Assembly: GCA_973895155.1 (NCBI GenBank)
Contig: OZ316898.1
Coordinates: 13,233,659 to 13,297,658 of the forward strand
Direction of reading: 5' to 3'
Length of the DNA: 64,000 nt
From: Marsupella aquatica
Lineage: Eukaryota > Plantae > Marchantiophyta
Positions 12,900-23,707 of this stretch are shown piece after piece. Under the pieces are notes generated by a model, which was given only the letters and a program-made list of their open reading frames with translations, made no database searches and had not been told where the DNA came from. The first letter of the stretch is position 1. Each line of letters starts with the position of its first letter. Made by a program: the position numbers and the translations under genes.

Positions 12900-13680
12900 C
12901 CATCATTATATATATAAAAGCGCGAATGAACAAAAATGCCAAACCAAGAGATAGGGTCCCAAAGGCAAAGCAACCCAAAAAGGGGAAGGGAGGGGAAACA
13001 GCCCAGAGTAGATTGAAGAGGCCCAACAAGCCAAGGGGTCCTCTACAAAACAAATGGAAGCAACCAACCAAAGAGTCCACTGAGTGGCCTAGAAGACAAA
13101 CACCCTACCGTGCAGAGAATTGAAAAGTGTGGACAGTTAGAGCTTCAAGAGTGAAGGGTATAGGAGGGTCACAAAGTGAAGTCTACCTCGATCAAGGCCC
13201 TAAATCCAATTGTCTAGGCTCTACAAAGGATAGTGAATGCCTGAGCCTTCTGAAGTGTCATGGACACCCTCTGTCTAAGGAAGGTACTGGTGAGGACAGA
13301 GACAGGGGGATAAGGCCTCCGCTCAATGCAAAAAATTGCACAAGCCCTAAGGAACTGGTCAAAGGTAGGGTGCAATGCACCAAAGACCTCAAGAGCAAAA
13401 AGGTAGAACAAATCCCCAGGGTAATGAACAACATAGGCCTTGGCTGCTGCATGGCCAGGTACATGGGGGGCAACTGCAACATGGCTCCCTCGTGTAGGAT
13501 CAGCAATATTAACCACATCACCAAGAGAGCAAACTCCAGCCAGAGAATAGACCAGATCAATCCGCCACTGGTCAGGCACCCCAGCACGAGGGGGAAGAAT
13601 GTACATGTCGTTTCTCCAGGGGTTGCTCCATACTCCATCGTTTACAATAAGCTCCACATTTTTTGGTCAGCCTACAAGCA
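12900..13680 (-). mobile_element. 5'-truncated RLE-type (CRE-like) non-LTR retrotransposon 3' end
   Basis: ORF 13657-13214 reads RIDLV...GDVVNIADPT...YPGDLFYLFALEVFGALHPTFDQFLR...FLRQRVSMTLQKAQAFTI, a restriction-like endonuclease C-terminus. A pyrimidine-rich 3' UTR follows. Confidence 0.7.
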
Positions 13681-13839
13681 ATGACCTACAAGCATGACAC
13701 AAAGTATTAATAGTAGCCAGACACAAAGGGGGGCCCTTTTATATGGGGCACGTTAAAGCCATTCCGGGTGCAATATGGGCAAAAGAAAAGCTTAGATGCT
13801 ATGTTCAAAGAAACATTTACCAACGGTCCCTCCTGGGTG

Positions 13840-13940
13840 TATCAAATCTATTTATAACCACTCCTGCTAGCTCACAGGCCATCCAGCCCCAGGGTCTGTC
13901 AAATCTATTTATAACCACTCCTGCTAGCTCACAGGCCAAT
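13840..13940. repeat. Short direct duplication (60-bp period)
   Basis: tcaaatctatttataaccactcctgctagctcacaggcca occurs twice. Confidence 0.85.
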
Positions 13941-16900
13941 AGGTCTATCTAATCTATTCAAAATGGCCCCCTATTAGATCAAAGGCATCGTGTGATGTTA
14001 TGTTTAGAAAATGGGAACCCTGGGCCCCAAATTTGAGAGTACATTAGGGTCCACAATTCTCTTCACTGACGCAAACCTTAGTGACTGTTTTGGAAAGAAA
14101 AACAGAAAAATAACATACTTGAAAAAACTTGGGTGAGATTCATAAGAAACCAAAAAAACAGTAAAATCGTTATGGGTCCAGTTAGAGACTCTTGCAATTT
14201 TTAAAATTCAGAGAAAATTCCACGTCAACAATTAATTCATATCCGTTGGATTTTACTTATCAATGGTGGAGATTGTGCAACGTGCCTTAACACTCGTGTG
14301 CCGGTTGAAGACACTCATGTGGCAAGCGTGAATAAAATGTCTAGTTCATTTGCAGGAATGATACACATTCTTTGATACCAAATTTAAACAGAAACTTGCA
14401 TACTACTTTGGGAAATAAAATAAGACAACAAGTCAATCTTAACCATTGATGTTTATTAATCAATGATGAGAATTGTGAAACGTGAATTGATACACAATAA
14501 ACTCACTTGTGTAAGAATTGTCATGCGTGTGAGAATGAAAACACGTGCAAGAATGGTGACGCGTGTGAGAGTTGTAACGCATGTCAAATATGTGCTAGTT
14601 GCGGGTCAGTCAAAACTAATAAAAAGTAATTAGATATGTGTCAGTATAATGTGGCAACTAAGTTGAAGCCAAAATCAACTTGGATCTCTAAAACAATTCA
14701 AATTTTTTGGTTGTACTCAACCAAATGGGCTGAAAATTCTCTACATTATAGAGGAAAGCTAGCTAGGGGAATCTATAGGGGAAGCTAAAGTTTGAGCTCC
14801 CCAATTTGTGAATTAAAAATAAATTGAGATTCCAAATTTGTCTTAAACCCATCTTAGTTACTTTACGCCTACTTTGACTAAGCCGACTAAATCAACGTCA
14901 AGAGACCAAAATCTATCTGAAGCTTTGTAATTCTGCATTTTCTCCTTACCTAACCAAATGTGCCAAAAATTTGTTGAGAGATAGAAGGAAGCTAGGAGAA
15001 TATGTACTTAAAGTTTGAGCTCAAACTGAGATTAAATTTGTGAGTTCAAAATAAAACTGTACCTATACTAGAAATTAGCCCAATGTTACACTAAAACAAC
15101 TTTCCTTTAGAAGCCGACTAAGCTTCAGTTAGGGCCAAAACAATCCAATAGGTGGGATTTATCATTTTTCTTTTACTCAATTAAATTGGTTGAAAATGTT
15201 CAAAGACATAGACTAAACTAGGGGAAATGTGTGGCTACACATTTGAGCTCAAACAAATTTCACAATAGTGAGTTAAAAAATTTAAAATATAAACTGACTT
15301 CACCTTACTTAATGAAATGAGTTGAAATTTTGTTGAGAGAAGAAGAGCTAGTAAGGGGATACCTCCACTATATGCTACGCCAACCTTACCCTAAGCCAAC
15401 TTTACCTAAGTTGAGTAAGCCAAAGTCACGTTTATAATTTAGGTCATGTCTGTACATTTTTAATTTTGAAAAAATGGTGATGATAAAATATGTTCAGATG
15501 ATGTTAATTTAGTGTTGAATTGAGAATTTTGAAATGTTTCATGTACCTTATCAAATGATTTTAAAGTTACAATTGGGGTCAAACATTACACCAGCCCTTA
15601 AGGATGTGTTCACTGAAGAATTTTAATTTGCAACCTTATCAATTTAAAGTTACAAATGGGGTCAAACAGTACACTGACCCTTGCGGATGTGTGCACCTGC
15701 AGAATGCCTTAACTTGTAACCTTATTAATTTTAAAATTACAATTGGGGTCAAAAAGTACACTTGCGAAACGAATGTGTGCACATGATGCCTTAACTTGTA
15801 ATCTTCTTGATTTTTAAGGTAATGGCTTGTTATGTTAAGAGTAGTATCAAATGTTGATCTTGCTTCTGCTATTTCTATTGGAAAATGAACAAAAGGAAAT
15901 AACTCTCAAGCTTAAGTTTTATTATGCTTTTCTTTGTAGCAAAGCTTCTTAGATAGGGTATTAGTGTTTACATTTTCTTTATTTGTTAAGATTTGAGAAA
16001 ACATTTACAAGTCAAAAATGAAGCTCCAATTTTCTAGTCAAATAGTACACTAAGTTTGGATCTCAATATCAGAATGTTGAAAATTAGAACTTTATACTTT
16101 CTTTTATTCACAAATAATTACCACAAATCAATATACTAGAGGTGAAATCTTGGAACTGCGTAAATGTTTGATATTGTTCCCGATATTGTTTTATCACACA
16201 AAAATATTAGCAATCACAGCTGTTAACCATATAAAGAGAAGAAAAAAATCAAACCTGTATTTCAAGTGTTGTAATAAAGTTGAGTTTGCTATTGATTGCC
16301 AAATAACCTGTAAACTCTCCCAAGCTTCTCTAGCAACCAAGAAGAAAATGTTCATCTCAAGAAAGGGTCAAGAGTGGGCTCAAGAATTGAATTGAAAGGA
16401 CATTGGGCCACTTCACAACTAATAAAATCCATACAAATTGTAATCATCAAACAAAACATGCAATCATACAAACCTACCTGGTCACCCGATGAGAGCCCTA
16501 CAAAAAATATTCTACCATTTGATGTCCGCCTCCAAGCTTGAATGTCTCCTGTAAACTCTCCTCACACCTAGTGTGAAGTATGTTGTAAATCTCACTATAA
16601 TTCTCCCTAGGCACACCAAAATAGTCATGAGTCAAACCTCCAATCAATCTGCAAAAGTGCAACATTGAATACAACATCACTATCTTCTATCCAACCTTAT
16701 TTTGTTCAGTTTATTAGAGTTATTAATCTCTAAATAATGAAAAAAGCTACATTTAATAATAAGACAAATAACATCATAATATACAATTTATTACACTATC
16801 TATATCATGCAAGGAAATAAGTATTCATACTCCCATGAAAGTTGGTCTATATATATAACCTCTCTCTCCACAACACTTGTGATGATTCTACACTTATGGT

Positions 16901-18661
16901 TTTTGTCTTTGTTTCCACTTGCCATGATATTAGGCTAATGATGAGAATTTTCTTTTACTAGTATAATTATATATTAACAAAATTGAATCTTCAAACTAAG
17001 TTGCCCAAGATAGTATTACATATGATTATAACTAATGGCTCAATCGAAGCCATCATTTTTCTTGTGACATACTCTTGTTATTGTAGATGAGCTTTTGATG
17101 TCATTCTTATAAATAAATTAAATTTAATGCACAAAAAATCAATACAAATTTACAACACTCCTCTGAATGTACTTTGGCTATATAATTTACCTGGAAGAAT
17201 TGAGCTGGACCCACATACTAGTTGAAATAGTCACGTCAGGCATGTGTGTAAAGAAAGTCGTGAGGGTACATGAGAACAAGTTGATACCATGATTTGAGGG
17301 CCTGCTGTTTTATTTTACTTTTTGTTCCCTTCAATAAGACTGTTGGACTGTTCACAACATATTCCTAAATTAATCATGATTCCCTCAAGACAAACGTGTG
17401 TACTCGGAAAGAAAAAGCCAAAAGTCCCAAAGTCTATATATTGGGCTCCCTATACAGACGCATTTTAGGCTAGAACTGACCATGGCCATTGGATGGTGAG
17501 CTGGTCAAATGAGGTACTTAAGGGGTGACCATCCTGGGGACAGACACGTGTGCAACCTTTGAACCCCAACCCAATCTCAAGGCACCACAAAATGGGTGTG
17601 GAGTTGCCAAGCTGAGGTTGTAGGGTGGGTGGAATTGATGTGGGGAGCCAATGGAGCACCCAAGGGTATCCCACATCCATACTAAGTCTAACCATTTGTT
17701 TTTAGAGTTTAATAAGAATGATAAAATATGAAGTACATTTAGGTCCTTATATAAATACCTTATCTAGTTTTCATGGTAGATGAAAGTTTGAGTAAATTGA
17801 TTGAGTAAATCTAACACTATCACTACTACACTATTGGCCCCTTTTGCGAACCCATACACATCGCAATCAACAAAGGCCCGATAAACAGAATTCCGGCACT
17901 TGCGAACTAACACGCATCGCTACACCATCCCAAATTGCGAAGTTAAAACCTTCGCACGTGGACCATCGCAACGCCATCACAACACCATCACAATTTCCTA
18001 ACCAAATTCCCTCGCAACTTGTCGAACACTTCCGAGTTCAAAATCGTCGCAAACGCTTCGCATTATGCCGCACGGTCCTTTGTTACCGACGTTGGTTTTT
18101 GTGAAGCTGGAAGGTTCGCTACGTGTTTGTGATGGGAATGAGTTTGATATTTGCGATGTCGTGGGGTTGGCAACTAGCGAGCCTTATAAGATCACTCTTA
18201 TGCGAAATAAATTTGATGGGGACTTCCGATCTAAATTGGATCGGAACTTGTGAGTTGGTTTAGGCCAGAAGTTGGGAACCATTTGACTTCGCAACTTGTG
18301 ATGTTACTTGGTTCTATAATAGCGATCCGAGTCATTTTAGAACACAAAGCCTTAAAGGATGGGTCTAAGGCCTTAATTCCTTTTTCAAAATAATCATGAT
18401 TTTGAGAAATAGAGTCCTAAAACAGGCACTAAAATCAGCATATTTTATTGACATTCATCCTTTGCATTTTTAAACTAGAGTTTACAGCAATGTTTGAGAC
18501 AAAATATATTCAAAACCTGATTTTAATAGAATAGACCTCTCAAAACAAGTATAAATATCATAGTCTAGGCTCAAAGGCCATTTACATCTCAAAACTTGCC
18601 ATTAAAGTCTAGTTCTTTGTAGCTAAAACAACAGTAAAAAGTCTTACAAAAATATCCTCAT

Positions 18662-21600
18662 CTAAGCATCTCTTGTTTCCTCAACACTTGCTACAACTCC
18701 TGAAGAGTCAAGTCCAATGATTTCCTCCTCTTCAACTCCTATCTCTGGTATTGGTAGAATGGTCTCTTCAACATCAACATCTGAATCCACCATGCCCTTG
18801 CCGTCATCTTCCTCAATGTTGTCCACCAGGTTTAGAATCCTCCCTTTCAAGACACTGCTCTGGCGCTCATCAATCGCTACAGCAACACAATGTCTTCCTT
18901 GTGCCAAAGAGGAAGACAATCCTGTGCCTGACCCTGAACAAATATCTAGCACCCAGTCTCCAACCTGGCTAAAATGGGTAACTTCCCAATCCAATAATAC
19001 TCTTGGCTTCTGGTAAAAGTTCACCATCTTATTGTCCCCATTGTGTTTCAACTTATTGGTCACAGCTGGACACACAACCACATTATTTCGAGACTCATTA
19101 GTCTCAAAATTGAAATGCTCCAAAGATCGTTTCCCATCCTGATTGTGAAAGCCGATGGTAAAACACTCAAAATTGTTGTTAAGCCTTGCACCTCCTGCAT
19201 TCTTAACATTGTCTTTCACCCTGCAAAAACCAAAACTTTCATTATGAATTTATTTCAAAATCCAACATCATGAAATCATGAATACCAAAAAAATATATTC
19301 ATGTTTTGAAATATTTCTTACCAAATGCAATTCTGGAAACCACTATTACACTCAGCTTTCAAGACAATCTTGATAGCATCGTACTGGTCAATACTATGAT
19401 GAATGATAATTCGCCAAAGATTGGCCTTGGTGACAACCTTGAAACACTGAACCATCTTGGTCACCTCTTCCACACCCCATCCAACATTGTCTTCATGAAG
19501 ACAAGCAGTCATTCCAAACCCATAAGGAATATCTGCCAAAGCCAATGTGTAAGCTCGTGATGAGACTACCTCGTGCAACCGTTGAGCATCATGTGTAAAG
19601 ATATCATAGTATACATCCCCAAACTATGGATGCTCAAAAGCATTAGGGTGGAGTTCACTTCCCTGGGTCTCTCGGCAAGATGTCTTCATTGCCCACCAGT
19701 TCTGTGCTTGTGCAATATGCGCATTGAACTTATCTGGGAAGGACTTCAACTCTTTGCTTTCTTCACTCTCTCCTTTCTTTTTCCGGGAGCTGCTGTCTTT
19801 CTGAGAGAAACAATTTGGGTATTAGATTCCTACATACTCAAGAATAAAATTGTAAAACAAATGCACAATAAATTATCTCAAATAAACATGCACAATCAAT
19901 TATCTCAAATAAACTTACCCAAGTCTGGAAGACAGGAACAAAGTTCTTCAGCACATTATCAGTGCAGTGTTCTGGGTACTTGGTTTTGCAATTCTTCCAA
20001 CTCTCTTCATGAAGGCAGGTAAGAAATGCTTTTTGCACTTGCATTTGGAATTTGTGTCGTTGAAATTCCTGTCCCATCTCTTGAAGAGATAGTTCCTTTG
20101 CCAAAACCCTTTGTAACACTGGACAAATCATGTCTGGATCTTTCAATGCCTGCATGTGTCTCCACTCAGTCAACTTCATATCCTCACACAACATTCTAGC
20201 ATCTCCAGACTTGGATATCTTTTTCTTGGTCTTATCTCCTTTCTGTCCTTTTATTTCACAATTCTCCCATCTGTCAAAGATCTGTCGTATGAAAGACCAA
20301 ACAAGATCCTTACGAAATGCCAACTGAAATAAATTATCATTGGCATTCAGAACCTCAGAATCTTTACGTACACCCCAGTCCTTTAGATTGATTTCAGTGG
20401 CACACTCCTTCTTGAAATCAACATTTGATGAAGATCCATTCTCCACAAATCGCATGTGAATGTAATTCACTCTTTGGATGGTGCTCATCTGTTGACGAAA
20501 TTCAGAGTCTATATTATGACTCCAAGCTAAGTTCCTTGCTTCCTGGATAGATAAGCCTGCAAAGATCCAAGATTGCACTCTCCTGTAGGACTTGTTGTTG
20601 GGAAATTGTAATGCCAGGTCTGCCTTTGCACAAGCAGAATGATTTCCCCCAATCACATAATAGTGGTACTCATTCTTTTTTGAGAATTCAAAATCACCTC
20701 GAGTTGGGCACTCCTTGGGATCAACCAAGAGAACAAAAGGTGTTGCTAGTGGACTAGCTCCAGTTGCTTTCATCCTTGTGGTCAATTGTGTAAGAAAGTA
20801 GGGCTGGATATGCCTTACTTGGTACACTGGCAACTCCAAAGATTTCTCACGGACAGGTGGGTGAAGTTGTCCAATGTCAATAGTGACTGTCTCCTCTTGA
20901 ACTCCACACCTCATCAAAATCCCTTCCTGGTAGATCACCCGAGCATCCATGGACATAGATTGAGCCTTCTGCTCCAAATGAGTGGGGACTTTTTCCAATG
21001 TCTGCTTCTTGGATTTTGGTGGAGTTGGTCCTGCACCTTGAGAACCCTCTGGTCCACGTTTCTTTGATGAAGTCCGAGTACCGGCAGTGCCCTGTGCTGA
21101 TCCTCCAGTCACGGTTGTCCCCTCTTGCGATATTACATTTTGTGAACCACCACCAGATATTGGAGATGTAACAACCATCTTTCTTGCCGGGACAGAGCTC
21201 GGACGAGATCCAGAAGGAGCAGAAGAAGGACCAGACTTTGGTGGACGGGCACTGGCACTCTTCTCTGCTGCTTTTCGAAGAATCTCCCTAGACTTTCGAA
21301 TTGCACTCTTCAGTGTGCTGGCGTGATGTTCAAACACATAACCAGCAATGAGCTGTGCAATCTCATCATAGCTTTCTTCTGCCGACAGATTCTTCACCTT
21401 CTCAATAATCATCTCAATGTCATCAGCCAAGTAACAATGTGCAGCTCTTCCAGAAAATCTCTCAATGTCAACTGCAATCAGTGTAGACGTCTCCTTTGTT
21501 GTGATAAGCATATTGAGTACATCGCCCCCTCGTCGAAAGACATCAATCCGGCCATAATTCACCCAACCAAGACCTCCAGAAGGCAAGGTCTCGTAGATGC

Positions 21601-21733
21601 ACAACATCAAAAAAGGTTTCTTCCATGATTCTGTCCCCAATGATATTGTCCAAGAAGAGTTTCCAAAATCTGTCAAAGGATGCTCAACAAAAATTGAGTC
21701 TAACACCTTCTCCTGTGATTTTGGTTCAACCAT
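18662..21733 (-). pseudogene. ParB/Srx-like domain fused to a beta-class N6-adenine/N4-cytosine DNA methyltransferase (about 950 aa, 3 coding exons, one premature TAG)
   Basis: Exons 21733-19919, 19800-19322, 19220-18662, GT-AG with consistent phases. ParB-like YQVR...PFVLLVDP...YYVIGGNHSACA. MTase motif IV LALADIPYG, then CIW|VKDN..RLNNNFECF, motif X NFYQKPRVLL, motif I VLDICSGSGT and VAIDERQ. In-frame TAG at 19626-19624. Confidence 0.87.
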
Positions 21734-22164
21734 CTTGACTTCCTGAAATCAAGTCCAACATTTCAAAGTTAGCCCTGTTCGTTTGGCAAGTTCAGTTGTA
21801 GAATTTACGTTCATGATTTCATGAAGCAAGGTTCTTACCTTAATAGTGGAGTCAGAAGTTGAATTTGCAGCGCCCGAGCCTAGATGGTTATTCCCGCTCA
21901 GAAGTGTGTCTTAGGTATTTTTCTCCCTGGTTTGGCTTAGCTTATCTCCTCCACCTCCCTGGCCGATGCCCGAGCCGATCGATCCCTCCCAACTTAATGT
22001 AGTTTGTCCCTCTCTTGGTCCCGATTCCAAAGGCCTCCCGATCGTCTCTCCCCCTTCTAATTCTCCTTTCTCTGCACGCCTCCCTTCTGTCGGCGGCTCT
22101 TCCCTTCCACCTGCGTTGGTCGCTCCCTCGGCCGGCGACTCTTGCTCCCTCCCCCGACCTTCAC

Positions 22165-22625
22165 CAATTTCTCCTCCCTGCGCCTTCTACTATTTCTCCT
22201 CCCTGCGCCTTCGACTATTTCTCTCCCCTGGCCTTCGACTATTTCTCTCCCCCTGGCCTTCGACTATTTCTCTCCCCCTAGCATTCGACTGTTTCTCTCC
22301 CCCGGCCTTTGATAATTGATTCTCCCTTGGCGCTTCGACAATTTCTCCCCGGGCGCCTTCGACAATTTCCGCTCACTCCCCCGGCCTTTGACAATTTCCG
22401 CTCACTCCTTGGCCTTCGAAAATTTTGCCTCCCTCCCCAGCCTTCGACAATTTTGCCTCCCTCCCCAGCCTTCAAAAATTTCTCTTCCCCGAAAACAATT
22501 GCTTCTCCCAGGCTTTCGCCAATCCCTCACTCCCCCGACCTTCGACAATTTTGCCTCACTCCTTGGCCTTCGACAATTTTGCCTCCCTCCCCAGCTTGAC
22601 AATTTCTCTTCCCCGAAAACAATTG
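22165..22625. repeat. GC-rich minisatellite (about 24-28-bp units, core CCTTCGAC(T/A)ATTT) upstream of the MTase gene
   Basis: More than 15 diverged tandem units visible. Non-triplet unit lengths argue against coding. Confidence 0.85.
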
Positions 22626-23026
22626 CCGGCTGCCTGGCCTGCTGCGCTCACTCAAAACTCTCCCCAACTCGCAAGCCAACTCTTCCCCTCCCTTCCACGA
22701 TTGATGTGCGCCTGAACAGTCACGCTATTCCAGTCCACTGCAAGCTTCCATTCGAGCTTCCATTCCACTCCGAGATTAGATAGCTGCACCAGATGTTGGT
22801 CCGGCCCTGATTTTCGGTTCCAGTTTAGGGATTCAATCAAAGACTCAATTCAATTCCTATTCAGAACGTACCAATCACTGAGGGAAGCGCTTTCCACAGC
22901 ACCAAACATCAGGCCACCATAGCTCTTTGCCGAGCTTCCTTTCCCGTCACGCTTTGCAGATGCACGCCCATACTCCCAACAGCTGACAGTCCAATTTGTC
23001 CCAAACTTAGCAATTTCCAATTTTTG

Positions 23027-23104
23027 GGTTCATGAATTCATGAACCTTTTGCCACCTCCACTTCACGAATCCAGGAAGGTCGTAACCCTTCATGAATTCA
23101 TGAA
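23027..23104. promoter_or_regulatory. Two TTCATGAATTCATGAA palindromes in the divergent promoter (candidate protein-binding sites)
   Basis: Perfect 20-bp palindrome GGTTCATGAATTCATGAACC at 23027-23046 and a 16-bp copy at 23089-23104. The motif recurs elsewhere in the element. The function is inferred. Confidence 0.5.
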
Positions 23105-23707
23105 AGGGAATCAAGTATCATTTTGAAAGAATCTAGTAAAAAGTCAAAATTTGTGCCCAAAATAACCAATACAACGGGGAAAAGAAATACAAGTAAAAAC
23201 CAAGAAAATGCCTAAAACAGGGGTCATCTAAGACATTTTTGCTTGCAATTGAATAGTATGCAAAAACATGAACAAAAAAGTGGGGTAAAAATGACCAATG
23301 CATTACTGATACACTATCTTAAGATGTTGGCATGAAAACATATGCTTTTAGTAAAAAATAAAATTATGACACCTTTGCTGACAATATTTGAGGAGAAGAC
23401 TTCAGCAATGAGTTATCCAAGTCTCCAAGAACTCTAATGAGTATTAGAAACCTGAAAACATAAGTTAACCTGTGAGATTTGGAGAAACAATAAATTATTT
23501 TCTCATGAAAGATTTCTTTCCTTGTCACTACTTCCTAATAAACGGTGTGGCACATTTCTTAATTTTATTGCTAATTAATATTTTGAGTTATTTTCAAAAA
23601 CCTATAAAAGGGGCTTCTTATTCATGACTCTATCTCATTTCAATTTTTCAGTTTGAGTTCATTTAGTGTTTTAGGTGTTCCCTTGTGAGTTTTGTGCATA
23701 TTTTGAA

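Noticed and set aside
18662-21733. Bacterial or phage contamination as the source of the MTase
   Set aside because: The gene has spliceosomal introns and is nested in TSD-bounded plant transposons between plant PPO paralogues.
21839-22190. Open frame upstream of the MTase gene that splices in frame at 21839>21742
   Set aside because: It has no ATG and contains TAA at 21913-21911. It may be 5' UTR, so it is excluded from the CDS model.
22165-22625. CRISPR-like appearance of short repeats (also 58245-58453 and 62998-63330)
   Set aside because: The units are contiguous and diverged with no unique spacers, there are no cas genes, and the context is eukaryotic.
21966-22840. Cluster of overlapping ORFs in several frames
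   Set aside because: Translations of the minisatellite; the units are non-triplet.
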